Positions 26,172 to 36,458 of a stretch of 64,000 bases of DNA are shown in pieces; positions within the stretch are counted from its first letter, which is position 1, and the number at the start of each line of letters is the position of its first letter. A program made the position numbers and the translations under genes. The stretch comes from an uncultured bacterium (lineage in GTDB: Bacteria; Methylomirabilota; Methylomirabilia; Methylomirabilales; CSP1-5): the NCBI GenBank assembly GCA_964558395.1, contig CAZLDS010000006.1, positions 18,402 to 82,401 on the forward strand. Direction: 5' to 3'. Below the pieces are notes generated by a model. It did no database searches. It worked only from the letters and a program-made list of their open reading frames with translations, and was not told the DNA's origin.

Positions 26172-26684
26172 ATGTTCGTTGACATAGCCCTGATCCCTGC
26201 AGAGGGTCTGGACCTCCAGTTTCGTGTTGGGGAGGATTTTCTGGATCCCTCAGGGCAGAGGGTTCATCTTCTCCGGCCGGTTGAGGCCACCCTGAATTTC
26301 TGTCGGACTCCGACCGGGGTCTGGGTGCGGGGGCAGATCTCCTCTGACCTCCAGCTCCACTGCAGTCGATGCTCTGAACTCTTTCACCTCCCGGTAAGCG
26401 AGGGTTTTGAGGTGAGATACCGTGGCCCTCTGGGGGAGAGCGTGGAGGAGGAGCACGAGCTGGGACGCGACGAACTCGATGTAAGCTTCCTCAACGGGGT
26501 GACAATCAACGTGGGGGGGCTCGTCCGAGAAAATCTCTTGCTGGCATTACCGGTCCAACCACTGTGTAATAAGGGATGTCGGGGACTCTGTCCGCGTTGC
26601 GGGGTCAACTGGAACGGCGGGACATGTCGCTGTTCCTCCACTGGCCACGATCCTCGCTGGAAAAAATTAGAGTCCTTGTTGTAG
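26172..26684 (+). CDS. yceD: YceD/DUF177 family 23S rRNA accumulation protein
   Basis: 170 aa. Conserved position before rpmF. C-terminal Cys pairs CSRC...CRGLCPRCG. Confidence 0.8.
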   Translation: MFVDIALIPAEGLDLQFRVGEDFLDPSGQRVHLLRPVEATLNFCRTPTGVWVRGQISSDLQLHCSRCSELFHLPVSEGFEVRYRGPLGESVEEEHELGRDELDVSFLNGVTINVGGLVRENLLLALPVQPLCNKGCRGLCPRCGVNWNGGTCRCSSTGHDPRWKKLESLL

Positions 26685-26699
26685 GGGAAAAGAGGAATC

Positions 26700-26882
26700 G
26701 TGGGGCTTCCGAAACGTCGTCATTCGAATGCGCGAACCCGAAAGCGAAGGACACATGATGCCCTTGAGCTGCCTGCATTGGCGGTTTGCCCTCAATGTCG
26801 GGAGAAGATGCTCCCTCATAGGGCCTGCCCCGGGTGTGGCTATTACCGGGGTCGCGAGGTGGTAAAGCGGGAAGAAAAGTAG
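26700..26882 (+). CDS. rpmF: 50S ribosomal protein L32
   Basis: 60 aa. GLPKRRHSNARTRKRRTHDAL, C-x2-C...C-x2-C zinc ribbon. Confidence 0.9.
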   Translation: MGLPKRRHSNARTRKRRTHDALELPALAVCPQCREKMLPHRACPGCGYYRGREVVKREEK

Positions 26883-26918
26883 GAAAGGGGCCGTCGCCCT
26901 CCTGGACGGCCAGGGAGG

Positions 26919-27950
26919 ATGGAAAAGACACCCTTATGGCTGTCCCATCCCGATCGAGTGACTGTAGCCCTTGATGCCATGGGCGGGGACGGCGGAGTTC
27001 GCGTCACCGTGGCGGGAGCAGTTGCGGCGAGCCGGGACGTGGGGCATTCGGTCGTCCTAGTTGGGATCGAAGAGGAGATCGTTCGAGAACTTTCCCAGTT
27101 TGACACGGGGGGGCTGGACGTCCGGATCCGCCATGCTCCGGAGGTCGTAGAAATGGATGAATCCCCTTCGGTGGCGCTCCGGAAGAAGAAAGACTCATCG
27201 ATTCGCGTGGCCGTAGACCTGGTCAGGGAGGGAGAAGCGGATGCCATGGTCAGTGCGGGAAATACGGGAGCGGTCATGGCCACCGGGTTAGTCAACCTTG
27301 GTTCTATAGCCGGGGTGGAGCGTCCCGCCATTGCGGCGCAGGTGCCGACCCTGCGTGACTATGCGATTCTCGTGGATGTAGGGGCGAACGTGGATTGTAA
27401 GCCTCGCCACCTGGTTCAATTTGCCATTATGGGAACGGTGTATGCCCGAAAGATCTTAGGAAAACCAGGGCCCCGCGTCGGCCTCCTGAGCATCGGAGAA
27501 GAAGAAAGCAAGGGGAACGAGTTGACGAAGGAGGCTTTCCGCGCGTTGGAAGATGTCGCCGGAGTGGACTTCATCGGGAATGTGGAGGGAGTGGATGTCT
27601 TCAACGGGAAGGCCGACGTGGTGGTTTGTGACGGATTCACGGGCAATATCGCCCTCAAGATCGGCGAGAGCGCGGCGTGGACTGTCCTCACCCTCTTCAA
27701 AGAGGAACTAACCCGAGGTATGGCGGGGAGGGCAGGCCTGTTGCTGCTTCGAAGATCGCTGGAACGTTTCCAGCGACGGATCGATTACACAGAGTATGGA
27801 GGAGCACCGCTGCTGGGTGTCAATGGGGTGGTCGTGATTGGCCACGGGCGATCCACGGCCAAGGCCATCAAGAACGGGGTTCGGGTAGCAGCGGAATGCG
27901 TCACGAATCGGGTGATCGAGAGCATCCGAGACGGGATCGCCCAAGGCTAG
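26919..27950 (+). CDS. plsX: phosphate acyltransferase PlsX
   Basis: 343 aa. VALDAMGGDGG, SAGNTGA, GFTGNIALK. Confidence 0.9.
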   Translation: MEKTPLWLSHPDRVTVALDAMGGDGGVRVTVAGAVAASRDVGHSVVLVGIEEEIVRELSQFDTGGLDVRIRHAPEVVEMDESPSVALRKKKDSSIRVAVDLVREGEADAMVSAGNTGAVMATGLVNLGSIAGVERPAIAAQVPTLRDYAILVDVGANVDCKPRHLVQFAIMGTVYARKILGKPGPRVGLLSIGEEESKGNELTKEAFRALEDVAGVDFIGNVEGVDVFNGKADVVVCDGFTGNIALKIGESAAWTVLTLFKEELTRGMAGRAGLLLLRRSLERFQRRIDYTEYGGAPLLGVNGVVVIGHGRSTAKAIKNGVRVAAECVTNRVIESIRDGIAQG

Positions 27951-27963
27951 GTAGGGGGAAGTC

Positions 27964-28947
27964 ATGCAACGGAGCCGAATCATTGGCACTGGGTCGGCGG
28001 TGCCAGCTCGGATTATGACCAATGCAGACCTGGAAAAGTTGGTTGACACGAGCGATGAGTGGGTGACGACGCGGACGGGAATTTCTGAGCGCCGCATCTG
28101 TAGTGTGGGGGAAGATACCGCCACATTGGCGGAGAAAGCTTCACTCCAGGCTTTGGAGGCTGCGAGGCTCGATCCGATGGACCTGGATCTCATTCTCGTG
28201 GCAACAATCACGCCCTCGCTACCTTTTCCGGCTACCGCCTGTTTACTCCAAGAGCGCCTAGATGCCCGACGAGCGGCGGCATTGGATGTCTCTGCTGCGT
28301 GTTCGGGATTTATTTATGGTCTCGCTGTAGCGGATAATTTTATCCGGACAGGAATGTATCGGAACATTCTTCTAGTCGGGTCCGAAACTCTCTCTATTCT
28401 GACGGATTGGAATGACCGGAACACCTGCGTTCTCTTTGCCGACGGGGCAGGGGCGGTGGTCTTACAGAGTCAGGAAGGGGAACGGGGGATTCTCTCGACC
28501 CACCTGTACTCAGATGGATCACAATGGGAGCTGCTCATGGCGCCAGGGGGAGGAGCCCGCTGTCCCGTGACCCCCGAGGTTCTCGAGAAGCGTCTGAATA
28601 AGATCAAGATGGCGAATGGCAATGAGGTCTTTCGTATTGCCGTCCGGGCGATGGAGGACGCGTGTGTCGCGTCCTTGAAACAGAATCATCTTGAGGTCGC
28701 CGAAGTCGATGTACTGGTCCCTCATCAGGCAAATGCGCGGATCATCCAGGCACTTACCCATCGTCTTTCCATTCCGCCAGAGAAGGTTATCGCCAATATT
28801 GCTCGGTACGGGAATACCTCGGCCGCCTCCGTTCCGCTTGCCCTCGATGAGGCAGTGCGCATGGGAAAAATTTACGAAGGGAATTTGGTCCTGCTCGTGG
28901 CGTTTGGAGGTGGTCTCACTTGGGGATCCGCGGTGGTCCGGTGGTGA
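27964..28947 (+). CDS. fabH: 3-oxoacyl-ACP synthase III
   Basis: 327 aa. DTSDEWVTTRTGI, AACSGF active-site Cys, HQANARI, GNTSAAS. Confidence 0.9.
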   Translation: MQRSRIIGTGSAVPARIMTNADLEKLVDTSDEWVTTRTGISERRICSVGEDTATLAEKASLQALEAARLDPMDLDLILVATITPSLPFPATACLLQERLDARRAAALDVSAACSGFIYGLAVADNFIRTGMYRNILLVGSETLSILTDWNDRNTCVLFADGAGAVVLQSQEGERGILSTHLYSDGSQWELLMAPGGGARCPVTPEVLEKRLNKIKMANGNEVFRIAVRAMEDACVASLKQNHLEVAEVDVLVPHQANARIIQALTHRLSIPPEKVIANIARYGNTSAASVPLALDEAVRMGKIYEGNLVLLVAFGGGLTWGSAVVRW

Positions 28948-29009
28948 GAGAGGACCTCCGCAGGTCACCGGGAGAAAAGAGGCCGAGCACTCACAGCACG
29001 TAGGGGTTG

Positions 29010-29951
29010 ATGCAGGGAAAGACCGCATTTGTTTTCCCGGGACAGGGGTCGCAGTATGTTGGCATGGGGTGGGAGCTGGCGGAGACCTTTCCGTCAGCCA
29101 AGGCCCTTATGGCGCAGGGAAGTGAGGTTCTCGGGCTCAACTTAGAGCGGCTTTGCTTCTCTGGACCAGAGGGGGATCTCAGCCTCACTGCTAACACGCA
29201 AGCCGCGGTGCTCACTGTAGGTGCCATGGCATGGGTCGTTGTACACGCGCATGGAATCCATCCAGACTTTGTTGCGGGGCACAGTCTAGGAGAGTACACG
29301 GCCCTCGTGGCCGCCGGATCGCTCACCTATGCAGATGCGCTGCGCGCGGTTCGGCGCCGTGGGGAGTTGATGCAGGAAGCGGTCGCCGTCGGTGCCGGAG
29401 CGATGGCGGCCATCCTTGGTCTCAGTCCTGAAGCGGTGGAAGAAATATGCCGGGAAGCCGCCCAGGGTGAGGTGGTACAGGTGGCGAACCTGAATGCGCC
29501 AATGCAGACCGTGGTGTCAGGGCACGTGGCCGCTGTGAATGGGGCGGCCGCGGCCGCACGGGCCAGGGGTGCAAAGAGAGTCCAGCTACTCTCTGTGAGT
29601 GCGCCCTTTCATTCGAGTCTCATGCGACCCATCGCCGAGGAATTTACAGGCGTCCTCAGGGGCCTCGAAATCCGTGATCCCCACGTTCCGTTCATTGCCA
29701 ACCGTGATGCGGAACCCAAATGGACCGCGGCCGACGTCATCCAGAGCCTCATCGAGCAGCTTGACCATCCCGTGCGCTGGGTCGAGGTCATTCAGTACCT
29801 TATTGGGGATGGGGCGAAGATCTTTATCGAGTTGGGGCCCGGGAAGGTCCTCTCGGGCTTGATCAAGCGGATCGATGGGAAAGTGCAAGTCTACCACGTG
29901 GAGGACCGGAAGAGCCTGGAAGAGACCCTCGCCGCGGCAGCAAAGGCATGA
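29010..29951 (+). CDS. fabD: malonyl CoA-ACP transacylase
   Basis: FVFPGQGSQYVGMG, GHSLGEYTAL (active Ser). The ATG at 29010 has AGGGG upstream, whereas the listed ORF starts one codon earlier at a TTG. Confidence 0.9.
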   Translation: MQGKTAFVFPGQGSQYVGMGWELAETFPSAKALMAQGSEVLGLNLERLCFSGPEGDLSLTANTQAAVLTVGAMAWVVVHAHGIHPDFVAGHSLGEYTALVAAGSLTYADALRAVRRRGELMQEAVAVGAGAMAAILGLSPEAVEEICREAAQGEVVQVANLNAPMQTVVSGHVAAVNGAAAAARARGAKRVQLLSVSAPFHSSLMRPIAEEFTGVLRGLEIRDPHVPFIANRDAEPKWTAADVIQSLIEQLDHPVRWVEVIQYLIGDGAKIFIELGPGKVLSGLIKRIDGKVQVYHVEDRKSLEETLAAAAKA

Positions 29952-30688
29952 GCTTGCAGGGAAAGGTGGCCGTCGTCACTGGAGGATCTCGGGGGATCGG
30001 CCACGCGGTGGCCTCAGCATTGGTCCGAGAGGGGGCGGGTTTAACCCTGTGTGCTCGGGATCGTGTAGCCCTGGAGAAGGTTGCAGCAGAACTTGAATCC
30101 TCAGGGGCTCAGGTTTTGATCGTCAAGGCCGATGTGACACAAACCTCTGAGGTCGAGCGAGTGGTCGAGGCGTGTCTTGACCGGTTTGGGGCGCTCAATA
30201 TCTTAATCAACAATGCCGGAATCACACGGGACAATTTGTTGCTTCGGATGAAGGACGAAGAGTGGGACGCGGTGTTGGATACGAACCTGAAGGGAGTTTT
30301 TCACTGTACCCGGGCTGCCTTGCGACCCATGTTCAAGCAGCGAGGAGGGCGCATCATCAATCTCACCTCAGTAATAGGAGTCATGGGGAATCTCGGGCAA
30401 GCCAACTATGCGGCCGCGAAGGCCGGAATCATTGGCTTGACCAAGGCGACTGCAAAGGAGGTGGCCTCGCGGGGTATTACCGTCAATACCGTGGCCCCCG
30501 GCTTCGTCGAAACAGATATGACGCACGCTTTGGACCCGGAAATTCAGGAGCGGATACGTTCCCAGATTCCTCTGGGGAGATTCGCAACCCCCGAAGAAGT
30601 GGCGGAACTCGTGGTGTTCCTCGCTTCGGATCGAGCGGCCTACATCACGGGCCAAGTTATCCATATCAATGGGGGCTTATGGATGTGA
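29948..30688 (+). CDS. fabG: 3-oxoacyl-ACP reductase
   Basis: 246 aa. [21 protein letters not shown] catalytic YxxxK. Confidence 0.9.
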   Translation: MSLQGKVAVVTGGSRGIGHAVASALVREGAGLTLCARDRVALEKVAAELESSGAQVLIVKADVTQTSEVERVVEACLDRFGALNILINNAGITRDNLLLRMKDEEWDAVLDTNLKGVFHCTRAALRPMFKQRGGRIINLTSVIGVMGNLGQANYAAAKAGIIGLTKATAKEVASRGITVNTVAPGFVETDMTHALDPEIQERIRSQIPLGRFATPEEVAELVVFLASDRAAYITGQVIHINGGLWM

Positions 30689-30737
30689 CACGCAGCGTGT
30701 GCTCATTTTCACTGGGAGGTGGGAGGTGGGCGAGACG

Positions 30738-30968
30738 GTGGATGTCGAAACGAAGGTAAAGAAGATTATCATTGAACAGCTCGGAGTTGACGAAGGGGAG
30801 GTGACGCCCGATGCTTCCTTCGTCGAGGATCTGGGAGCCGACTCGCTGGATACCGTGGAGTTAATCATGGTTCTGGAGGAGGAGTTCGGCATTGAGATCC
30901 CGGATGAGGATGCGGAGAAGATCGTTCACGTGAAAGATGCTGTTCAATATATCAAGGATCGTATCTGA
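30738..30968 (+). CDS. acpP: acyl carrier protein
   Basis: GTG at 30738 preceded by [30 protein letters not shown] phosphopantetheine-Ser motif. The listed ORF start at 30669 overlaps the fabG end and is unlikely. Confidence 0.9.
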   Translation: MDVETKVKKIIIEQLGVDEGEVTPDASFVEDLGADSLDTVELIMVLEEEFGIEIPDEDAEKIVHVKDAVQYIKDRI

Positions 30969-31004
30969 GCCTGGGGAAAGGGACCCAGCTCGTAGGGAGA
31001 TCTC

Positions 31005-32243
31005 ATGAGGCGTGTGGTCATAACGGGATTAGGGGTCGTTTCCCCTATCGGTATTGGCGTTGATCTGTTTTGGAAGGCCCTCGTGAGCGGGACCCCGGGG
31101 GCCGCACGGATCACGCGCTATGACCCGACGGGTCACGACTGCCAGATCGCGGCGGAAGTCAAGGGTTTTGATCCCATGTGTTGGATCGACAAGAAAGAAA
31201 TCCGCAAAATGGACACGTTCGTGCAGTACGCTTTGGCAGCCGGCATCCTGGCAGTTGAGGATGCACAATTGAAGGTGACTGATGGGAGGCGGGATCGGGT
31301 TGGAGTTCTCGTGGGGACGGGGATGGGTGGAATCCCAATGCTCGTAGAGCAGCACACAGTGCTCTTGGAAAAGGGGCCGGATCGGGTGAGCCCGTTCTTC
31401 ATCCCTGGGATCATTCCGAACATGGCATCCGGACGCATCTCTATGCTCCTCGGCGCCAAAGGTCCGAACTCGTGTGTCTCCACCGCTTGCGCCACGGGGA
31501 ATCACGCCATCGGGGATTCGTTTCACATCATTCAGCGGGGAGAAGCGGACATTATGCTGGCCGGAGGAACTGAGGCAGTCATTGCTCCCTTATGTATCGC
31601 CGGTTTTACTAACTGCAAGGCCCTCTCTCTGCGGAACCACGAACCGGAACGGGCCAGTCGCCCCTTCGATAAGGAGCGAGACGGCTTCGTCATGGGTGAT
31701 GGGGCGGCGGTTCTCATCTTAGAGGCGTTGGAGCATGCCCTGGATCGTGGGGCGACGATCTATGCCGAAATGATCGGCTACGGAATGAGTGGCGATGCCT
31801 ATCACATCACTGCACCGGCTCCCGAAGGGGAGGGGGCTGCCCAGTCCATGCAGGAAGCGCTTCGAGAGGCCGGCCTCCGCCCGGAGATGGTCGATTACAT
31901 CAATGCACACGGGACCTCTACTCCGTACAATGATGCGAATGAGACGTGGGCCATCAAACGCATCTTTGGCGACCATGCGTATCGTCTGATGGTAAGCTCC
32001 ATCAAGTCGATGGTGGGCCATACACTAGGGGCTGCGGGGGCAATCGAGGCAGCGGCTACCGTTTTGTCGCTGAAACATGGTATCGTGCCCCCGACGATCA
32101 ACTATGAATATCCCGACCCCGAGTGTGACTTGGACTATGTTCCGAACACGGCGAGGGAGGTCCCGATCCAGATTGCGCTAAACAACTCCTTTGGCTTCGG
32201 GGGAACCAACGCCACGACGGTCTTTCGCCGCTACAGCGGATAG
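31005..32243 (+). CDS. fabF: 3-oxoacyl-ACP synthase II
   Basis: 412 aa. VSTACATG active Cys, INAHGTSTP, GHTLGAAG, FGFGGTN. Confidence 0.9.
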   Translation: MRRVVITGLGVVSPIGIGVDLFWKALVSGTPGAARITRYDPTGHDCQIAAEVKGFDPMCWIDKKEIRKMDTFVQYALAAGILAVEDAQLKVTDGRRDRVGVLVGTGMGGIPMLVEQHTVLLEKGPDRVSPFFIPGIIPNMASGRISMLLGAKGPNSCVSTACATGNHAIGDSFHIIQRGEADIMLAGGTEAVIAPLCIAGFTNCKALSLRNHEPERASRPFDKERDGFVMGDGAAVLILEALEHALDRGATIYAEMIGYGMSGDAYHITAPAPEGEGAAQSMQEALREAGLRPEMVDYINAHGTSTPYNDANETWAIKRIFGDHAYRLMVSSIKSMVGHTLGAAGAIEAAATVLSLKHGIVPPTINYEYPDPECDLDYVPNTAREVPIQIALNNSFGFGGTNATTVFRRYSG

Positions 32244-32263
32244 AGATATTGCGCATCCTCTGT

Positions 32264-32304
32264 CCCACCCGACATCACGCGATCTGCGTGGGTTTTTTCT
32301 TTTT
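32264..32304. terminator. terminator between convergent fabF and nusB
   Basis: CACGC (32276-80) GATCT GCGTG (32286-90), extendable using CCCAC upstream and GTGGG. Followed by GGTTTTTTCTTTTT. Confidence 0.55.
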
Positions 32305-32365
32305 GATCATCCTTGCGTGACCTTCACTCGCGGAGCTGTTTCTCACGGCGGGGGTACAGGAAAGA

Positions 32366-32797
32366 TTATCGTTCCGCAGGTTCAAAAAGGGGCGGGCGGG
32401 TGATGGTTCGAACCTTATCGAGGATGCCGTTCACGAAGCGACCGGAATCCTCACTCCCGTACTGCTTGGCGATCTCGATCGCCTCGTTGATAATGACCTT
32501 CTCAGGAATCTCCCTATGGAAGAGGAACTCGTACGTCGCTAGCCGAAGGATATTCCGGTCAACGAGGGCGATACGGGTGAAGCGCCAGTGCTCTGTATGA
32601 CGGGTGATGAGGGCGTCAATTTCTTCCCGATGTGCGACCGTTCCCGCCACCAGGTCCTCAGCAAAGGCCTGCACCTCGGGTGGAAGGGGGTGATCCGCCC
32701 AGAACGCGCGGAAGACCTCTTCGAGTTTGCCCGCGTGAAACTCGAGCTGATAGAGAATACTTAAGGCCGCTTCGCGGGCGCGCCGGCGTTTACCCAT
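32366..32797 (-). CDS. nusB: transcription antitermination factor NusB
   Basis: Real start [17 protein letters not shown] at 32797. The listed ORF extends to 33001 through rib[17 protein letters not shown] motif. Confidence 0.85.
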   Translation of the reverse strand: MGKRRRAREAALSILYQLEFHAGKLEEVFRAFWADHPLPPEVQAFAEDLVAGTVAHREEIDALITRHTEHWRFTRIALVDRNILRLATYEFLFHREIPEKVIINEAIEIAKQYGSEDSGRFVNGILDKVRTITRPPLFEPAER

Positions 32798-33302
32798 GCC
32801 GCGTCCTTCGGCTGCCTGGATCGTTTCCGTGCTTCTTGTCCAGTTGGGAAAACAGGTGGGCCATTTCGATAGCGGCCAAGGCTGCCTCGAACCCTTTGTT
32901 CCCCAGCTTGGTCCCAGCCCGCTCAATGGCTTGCTCAATCGTCTCAGCCGCCACAACGCCGAAGATCGTTGGGACACCGGTCTTGAGGGCCGTTGCGGCA
33001 ACCCCCCTGGCGGCTTCTCCCGCGACGTAGTCGAAGTGAGGGGTTGCCCCCCGGATGACGGTCCCCAAGCAGATCACCGCATCATAGCGGTGACTCGAGG
33101 CCAGCCGGTCCGCGGTTACGGGGATCTCAAAGGCACCCGGCACTTTGACGACCTCGACTTTGTCCGGGTCTGCTCCGTGGCGGATGAGGGCATCCAAGGC
33201 GCCCTCGAGCAGTTTTGTCGTTATGAACTCATTGAAACGGCTGAGGACGATGGCGAACGAAAACCCCTGGGCCGACATGTGTCCTTCGCGATACTGGGGC
33301 AT
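32790..33302 (-). CDS. ribH: 6,7-dimethyl-8-ribityllumazine synthase
   Basis: ATG at 33302 preceded by [43 protein letters not shown]. Overlaps the nusB start by 8 nt. Confidence 0.9.
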   Translation of the reverse strand: MPQYREGHMSAQGFSFAIVLSRFNEFITTKLLEGALDALIRHGADPDKVEVVKVPGAFEIPVTADRLASSHRYDAVICLGTVIRGATPHFDYVAGEAARGVAATALKTGVPTIFGVVAAETIEQAIERAGTKLGNKGFEAALAAIEMAHLFSQLDKKHGNDPGSRRTRHG

Positions 33303-33315
33303 AGTTCCTCCGTCG

Positions 33316-34533
33316 TTACCTGTGCCCCTCGCTGATCCCGTGCAACAGGTGCCCGAGTTTTTCTTGTTTCGTCGCCAAGTAGCCTCGGTTCTCTGGGAGG
33401 GGCTGGATCTCAAGCGGAACACGCCCGACGATTCGGAGCCCGTACCCCTCAAGGCCCACGATTTTTCGAGGATTGTTGGTGAGGAGGCGCATCCTGCTCA
33501 GCCCCAAATCGACGAGGACTTGAGCGCCAATCCCGTAGTCGCGGAGATCGGCCTTGAACCCGAGCTTTTCGTTTGCCTCCACCGTATCATAGCCCTCGTC
33601 CTGCAGTTCGTAGGCCCGGAACTTGTCGACGAGGCCGATGCCCCGTCCCTCCTGCCGCATGTAGAGAAGCACCCCCCTGCCTTCCTCGGCAATTAAAGCA
33701 AGGGCCCGATCCATTTGGAGCCCGCAATCACAGCGGAAGGAACCAAACACGTCACCCGTCAGACACTCGGAATGCACGCGGACCAACACCTCGTCGGCTG
33801 GCGTGATATCCCCAAGGGTGAGGGCTAAGTGCTGGTCGCTGCCAACGCGACTCTGGTAGAGTAACGCCCGGAACGTCCCGTGGCGGGTAGGGATAGTGGC
33901 CTCCGCAACACGGCGGACCAACTTCTCGCGGCGCATCCGGAACGTAATTAAATCCTTGACGGTGATAATGCGAAGATTGTGGCGCCTCGCAAACTCGACG
34001 AGCTGGGGAACCCGGGCCATACGCCCGTCCTCGTCCATAACCTCGCAGATCACCCCGGCCGGGTATAGACCCGCAAGGCGGCTGAGGTCGAGGGCTGCTT
34101 CGGTCTGGCCCGCCCGGGCGAGGGTCCCGCCTTCCTTGGCTCGGAGCGGAAAGATGTGGCCGGGACGCATGAGGTCTTCCGGTTTCGTCTTGGGGTCCAC
34201 AAGCGCTTGAATGGTTGTAGCCCGGTCTTGGGTCGATATGCCGGTCGTGACCCCGTGTCGTGCCTCGACCGAAACGCAGAAGGCGGTCTCATATGGGGAG
34301 GTGTTCTCTGAAACCATCATGGGTATTTGGAGCGCATCGCACCGCTGGCCTGGCAGGGAGACGCAGATGAGCCCTCGCCCGTGCTTCGCCATAAAGTTGA
34401 CGGCCTCTGGCGTCACGCGCTCGGCGGCCATGGTCAGATCGCCCTCGTTTTCTCGGTCCTCGTCATCGACGACGATAAGCATCCTTCCGTCTCGGATTTC
34501 CTTGATGGCATCTTCGATGCTTTCGAAGGGCAT
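33316..34533 (-). CDS. ribBA: bifunctional 3,4-dihydroxy-2-butanone-4-phosphate synthase / GTP cyclohydrolase II
   Basis: 405 aa. [39 protein letters not shown]. Confidence 0.9.
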   Translation of the reverse strand: MPFESIEDAIKEIRDGRMLIVVDDEDRENEGDLTMAAERVTPEAVNFMAKHGRGLICVSLPGQRCDALQIPMMVSENTSPYETAFCVSVEARHGVTTGISTQDRATTIQALVDPKTKPEDLMRPGHIFPLRAKEGGTLARAGQTEAALDLSRLAGLYPAGVICEVMDEDGRMARVPQLVEFARRHNLRIITVKDLITFRMRREKLVRRVAEATIPTRHGTFRALLYQSRVGSDQHLALTLGDITPADEVLVRVHSECLTGDVFGSFRCDCGLQMDRALALIAEEGRGVLLYMRQEGRGIGLVDKFRAYELQDEGYDTVEANEKLGFKADLRDYGIGAQVLVDLGLSRMRLLTNNPRKIVGLEGYGLRIVGRVPLEIQPLPENRGYLATKQEKLGHLLHGISEGHR

Positions 34534-34565
34534 TACGCCTCCTGCCTCTTGTCGTTATCCTCTGG

Positions 34566-35213
34566 TTAGGCGAACCCTTGCTCGTGGAGGAGTTCGCCTG
34601 TGAGGGGCTTGGTGCCGCGCGTCCTTTGCTCGCCAAGGAGTCGTTCGAGATAGCGGCTCAAGAGATCCACTTCTAGATTCACGAAACTGCCGTGCCCTTT
34701 CCAGCCTAGCGTGGTACTCGCCAGGGTGTGGGGTATGAGGCAGACGGAAAAGGCTTCCTTTGAGACGTCGACGAGGGTGAGACTGACCCCGTCGACGGCG
34801 ATGGAGCCCTTGGGTACCATGTGGTTTGCCAGAAAAACGGGAAAGTCGATCCACATCTCTGTAGAGTTCCCTGTAGATTCGAGTCCGATAATCCGGCCTA
34901 CGCCGTCCACATGCCCGGTGACAAAATGTCCCCCAAAGCGATCACCAACTTTCAGTGGGCGCTCCAGATTGACTCGCGCCTGAGGTTTCAGGTTGCCGAG
35001 CGTGGTTCGCTGGAGAGTCTCGGCGGACAGGTCGGTGGTGAAGGTTGTTGCGTTCCCGTGGACAACCGTGAGACAGACCCCATCAACAGCAATGCTCTGT
35101 CCAATGCTCAGATCTGACATATGAGTCCCCCCCTGGATGGCCAACTGGGCACCCCCTTGACCTCGCGTCAGGGTGAGGACGGCTCCCTGCTCTTCAACAA
35201 TACCAGTAAACAT
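34566..35213 (-). CDS. ribE: riboflavin synthase alpha chain
   Basis: 215 aa. MFTGIVEE, SIAVDGVCLTV and a second SIAVDGVSLTL internal-repeat motif. Confidence 0.9.
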   Translation of the reverse strand: MFTGIVEEQGAVLTLTRGQGGAQLAIQGGTHMSDLSIGQSIAVDGVCLTVVHGNATTFTTDLSAETLQRTTLGNLKPQARVNLERPLKVGDRFGGHFVTGHVDGVGRIIGLESTGNSTEMWIDFPVFLANHMVPKGSIAVDGVSLTLVDVSKEAFSVCLIPHTLASTTLGWKGHGSFVNLEVDLLSRYLERLLGEQRTRGTKPLTGELLHEQGFA

Positions 35214-35217
35214 CTCC

Positions 35218-36351
35218 TTAGGCGTCTCCCGATGGCGTCCAGGGGCTGACAGGCTCAGTCACGTACCCTTCGAGCAAAAGGTCATCGCCGATGTCCTCGA
35301 CCTTGAGTTGCTTAACGTGGAGTGCTTCTATGAGCTTTTCCACACCCTCCCCCTGGAGGAGCGTTGGGGCCTTCTTTCCTCCGATCAGGATGGGGGCGAA
35401 CATCAGGACGAGCTTGTCCACAATGCCCGCCTGGAGCGCGGCCGTTGCCAATCTTCCTCCTCCTTCAATCATGACGGAGGTGATCGCGCGGCGCCCTAGC
35501 TCGCGGATCAGATGGGGGAGAGAAACCCCGCCTGCACCTTCGGGAAGCACGATCACATCGGTTACCCGCTCTCGGAGTTGTCGGAGCCGAGCCTGAGAGA
35601 CCCGCGGTCCGACGGCGACGAGCGGCGACTGGGACCCGCTCCGTAAGAGCCGTGCGCTCGCCGGAAGCCGGCCCCGTGTGTCCACCACCACGCGCAACGG
35701 GTCACGGGCCTCCGTTCCGCGCAAGCGGGTGGTGAGCATGGGGTCATCTTTCAGGACCGTTCCGATGCCGACCATAACCGCGTCTAATGAATCGCGCATC
35801 TCGTGGACCCGGTGCCGGGCCAGATCGCCCGTAATCCATTGTGAATCGCCGGTCCGCGTAGCCAACTTGCCGTCCAGACTTAAAGCAGCCTTGAGGAGGA
35901 CGTAGGGTTCTCCGGTTCGAATATACTTAAAATAGGGCTCGTTCAGCCGAACCACCTCCTCTTCAAGGAGGCCTACCTCGACGGCAATCCCCGCCTTCCG
36001 GAGGCGGTGCACCCCCCTCCCTGCCACGACCGGATTAGGGTCGTACGCGGCGACGACCACCTTGCTGATTCCGGCCTCGATAAGTGCATCCACACACGGA
36101 GGGGTTCTCCCATAATGCACACATGGCTCGAGGGTGACGTAACAGGCGGCTCCCGGTGCTGATCCCCCTGCCGCTTTGAGAGCGACTACTTCGGCATGAT
36201 CCCCGCCTGCAGACGCGTGATATCCTTCGCCAACGACCGTTCCTTGCTGAGCGAGTACGGCTCCCACCAGCGGGTTCGGGCTGGTCCGCCCCCTGCCTTG
36301 AGCGGCGAGATGTAAGGCCCGCTCCATGTATGTCCGGTCGCCCTCGATCAT
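35218..36351 (-). CDS. ribD: bifunctional riboflavin biosynthesis deaminase/reductase RibD
   Basis: 377 aa. HAEVVAL...TLEPCVHYGRTPPC zinc deaminase motif, plus a C-terminal reductase domain. Confidence 0.9.
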   Translation of the reverse strand: MIEGDRTYMERALHLAAQGRGRTSPNPLVGAVLAQQGTVVGEGYHASAGGDHAEVVALKAAGGSAPGAACYVTLEPCVHYGRTPPCVDALIEAGISKVVVAAYDPNPVVAGRGVHRLRKAGIAVEVGLLEEEVVRLNEPYFKYIRTGEPYVLLKAALSLDGKLATRTGDSQWITGDLARHRVHEMRDSLDAVMVGIGTVLKDDPMLTTRLRGTEARDPLRVVVDTRGRLPASARLLRSGSQSPLVAVGPRVSQARLRQLRERVTDVIVLPEGAGGVSLPHLIRELGRRAITSVMIEGGGRLATAALQAGIVDKLVLMFAPILIGGKKAPTLLQGEGVEKLIEALHVKQLKVEDIGDDLLLEGYVTEPVSPWTPSGDA

Positions 36352-36395
36352 CCTGTTGCTCCGTTGGAGCCTTATTTCTCAATAACTTTCCGCCC

Positions 36396-36424
36396 AAGCT
36401 ATCACCCGGACTGAAAGGTGTCAA
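36396..36424 (-). promoter_or_regulatory. sigma70-like promoter for the rib operon (minus strand)
   Basis: On the minus strand: TTGACA (36424-36419), 17-bp spacer, TAGCTT (36401-36396). This leaves only a roughly 38-nt leader, so there is no room for an FMN riboswitch. Confidence 0.5.
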
Positions 36425-36458
36425 GGTCAATTGGTGTCATGAGAGGCCTTGGCAGGCG

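Noticed and set aside
36352-36458. FMN (RFN) riboswitch expected upstream of ribD.
   Set aside because: Only 107 nt separate ribD from ftsY, and a promoter leaves a leader of about 38 nt. None of the conserved RFN blocks is visible. The rib operon here appears riboswitch-free.
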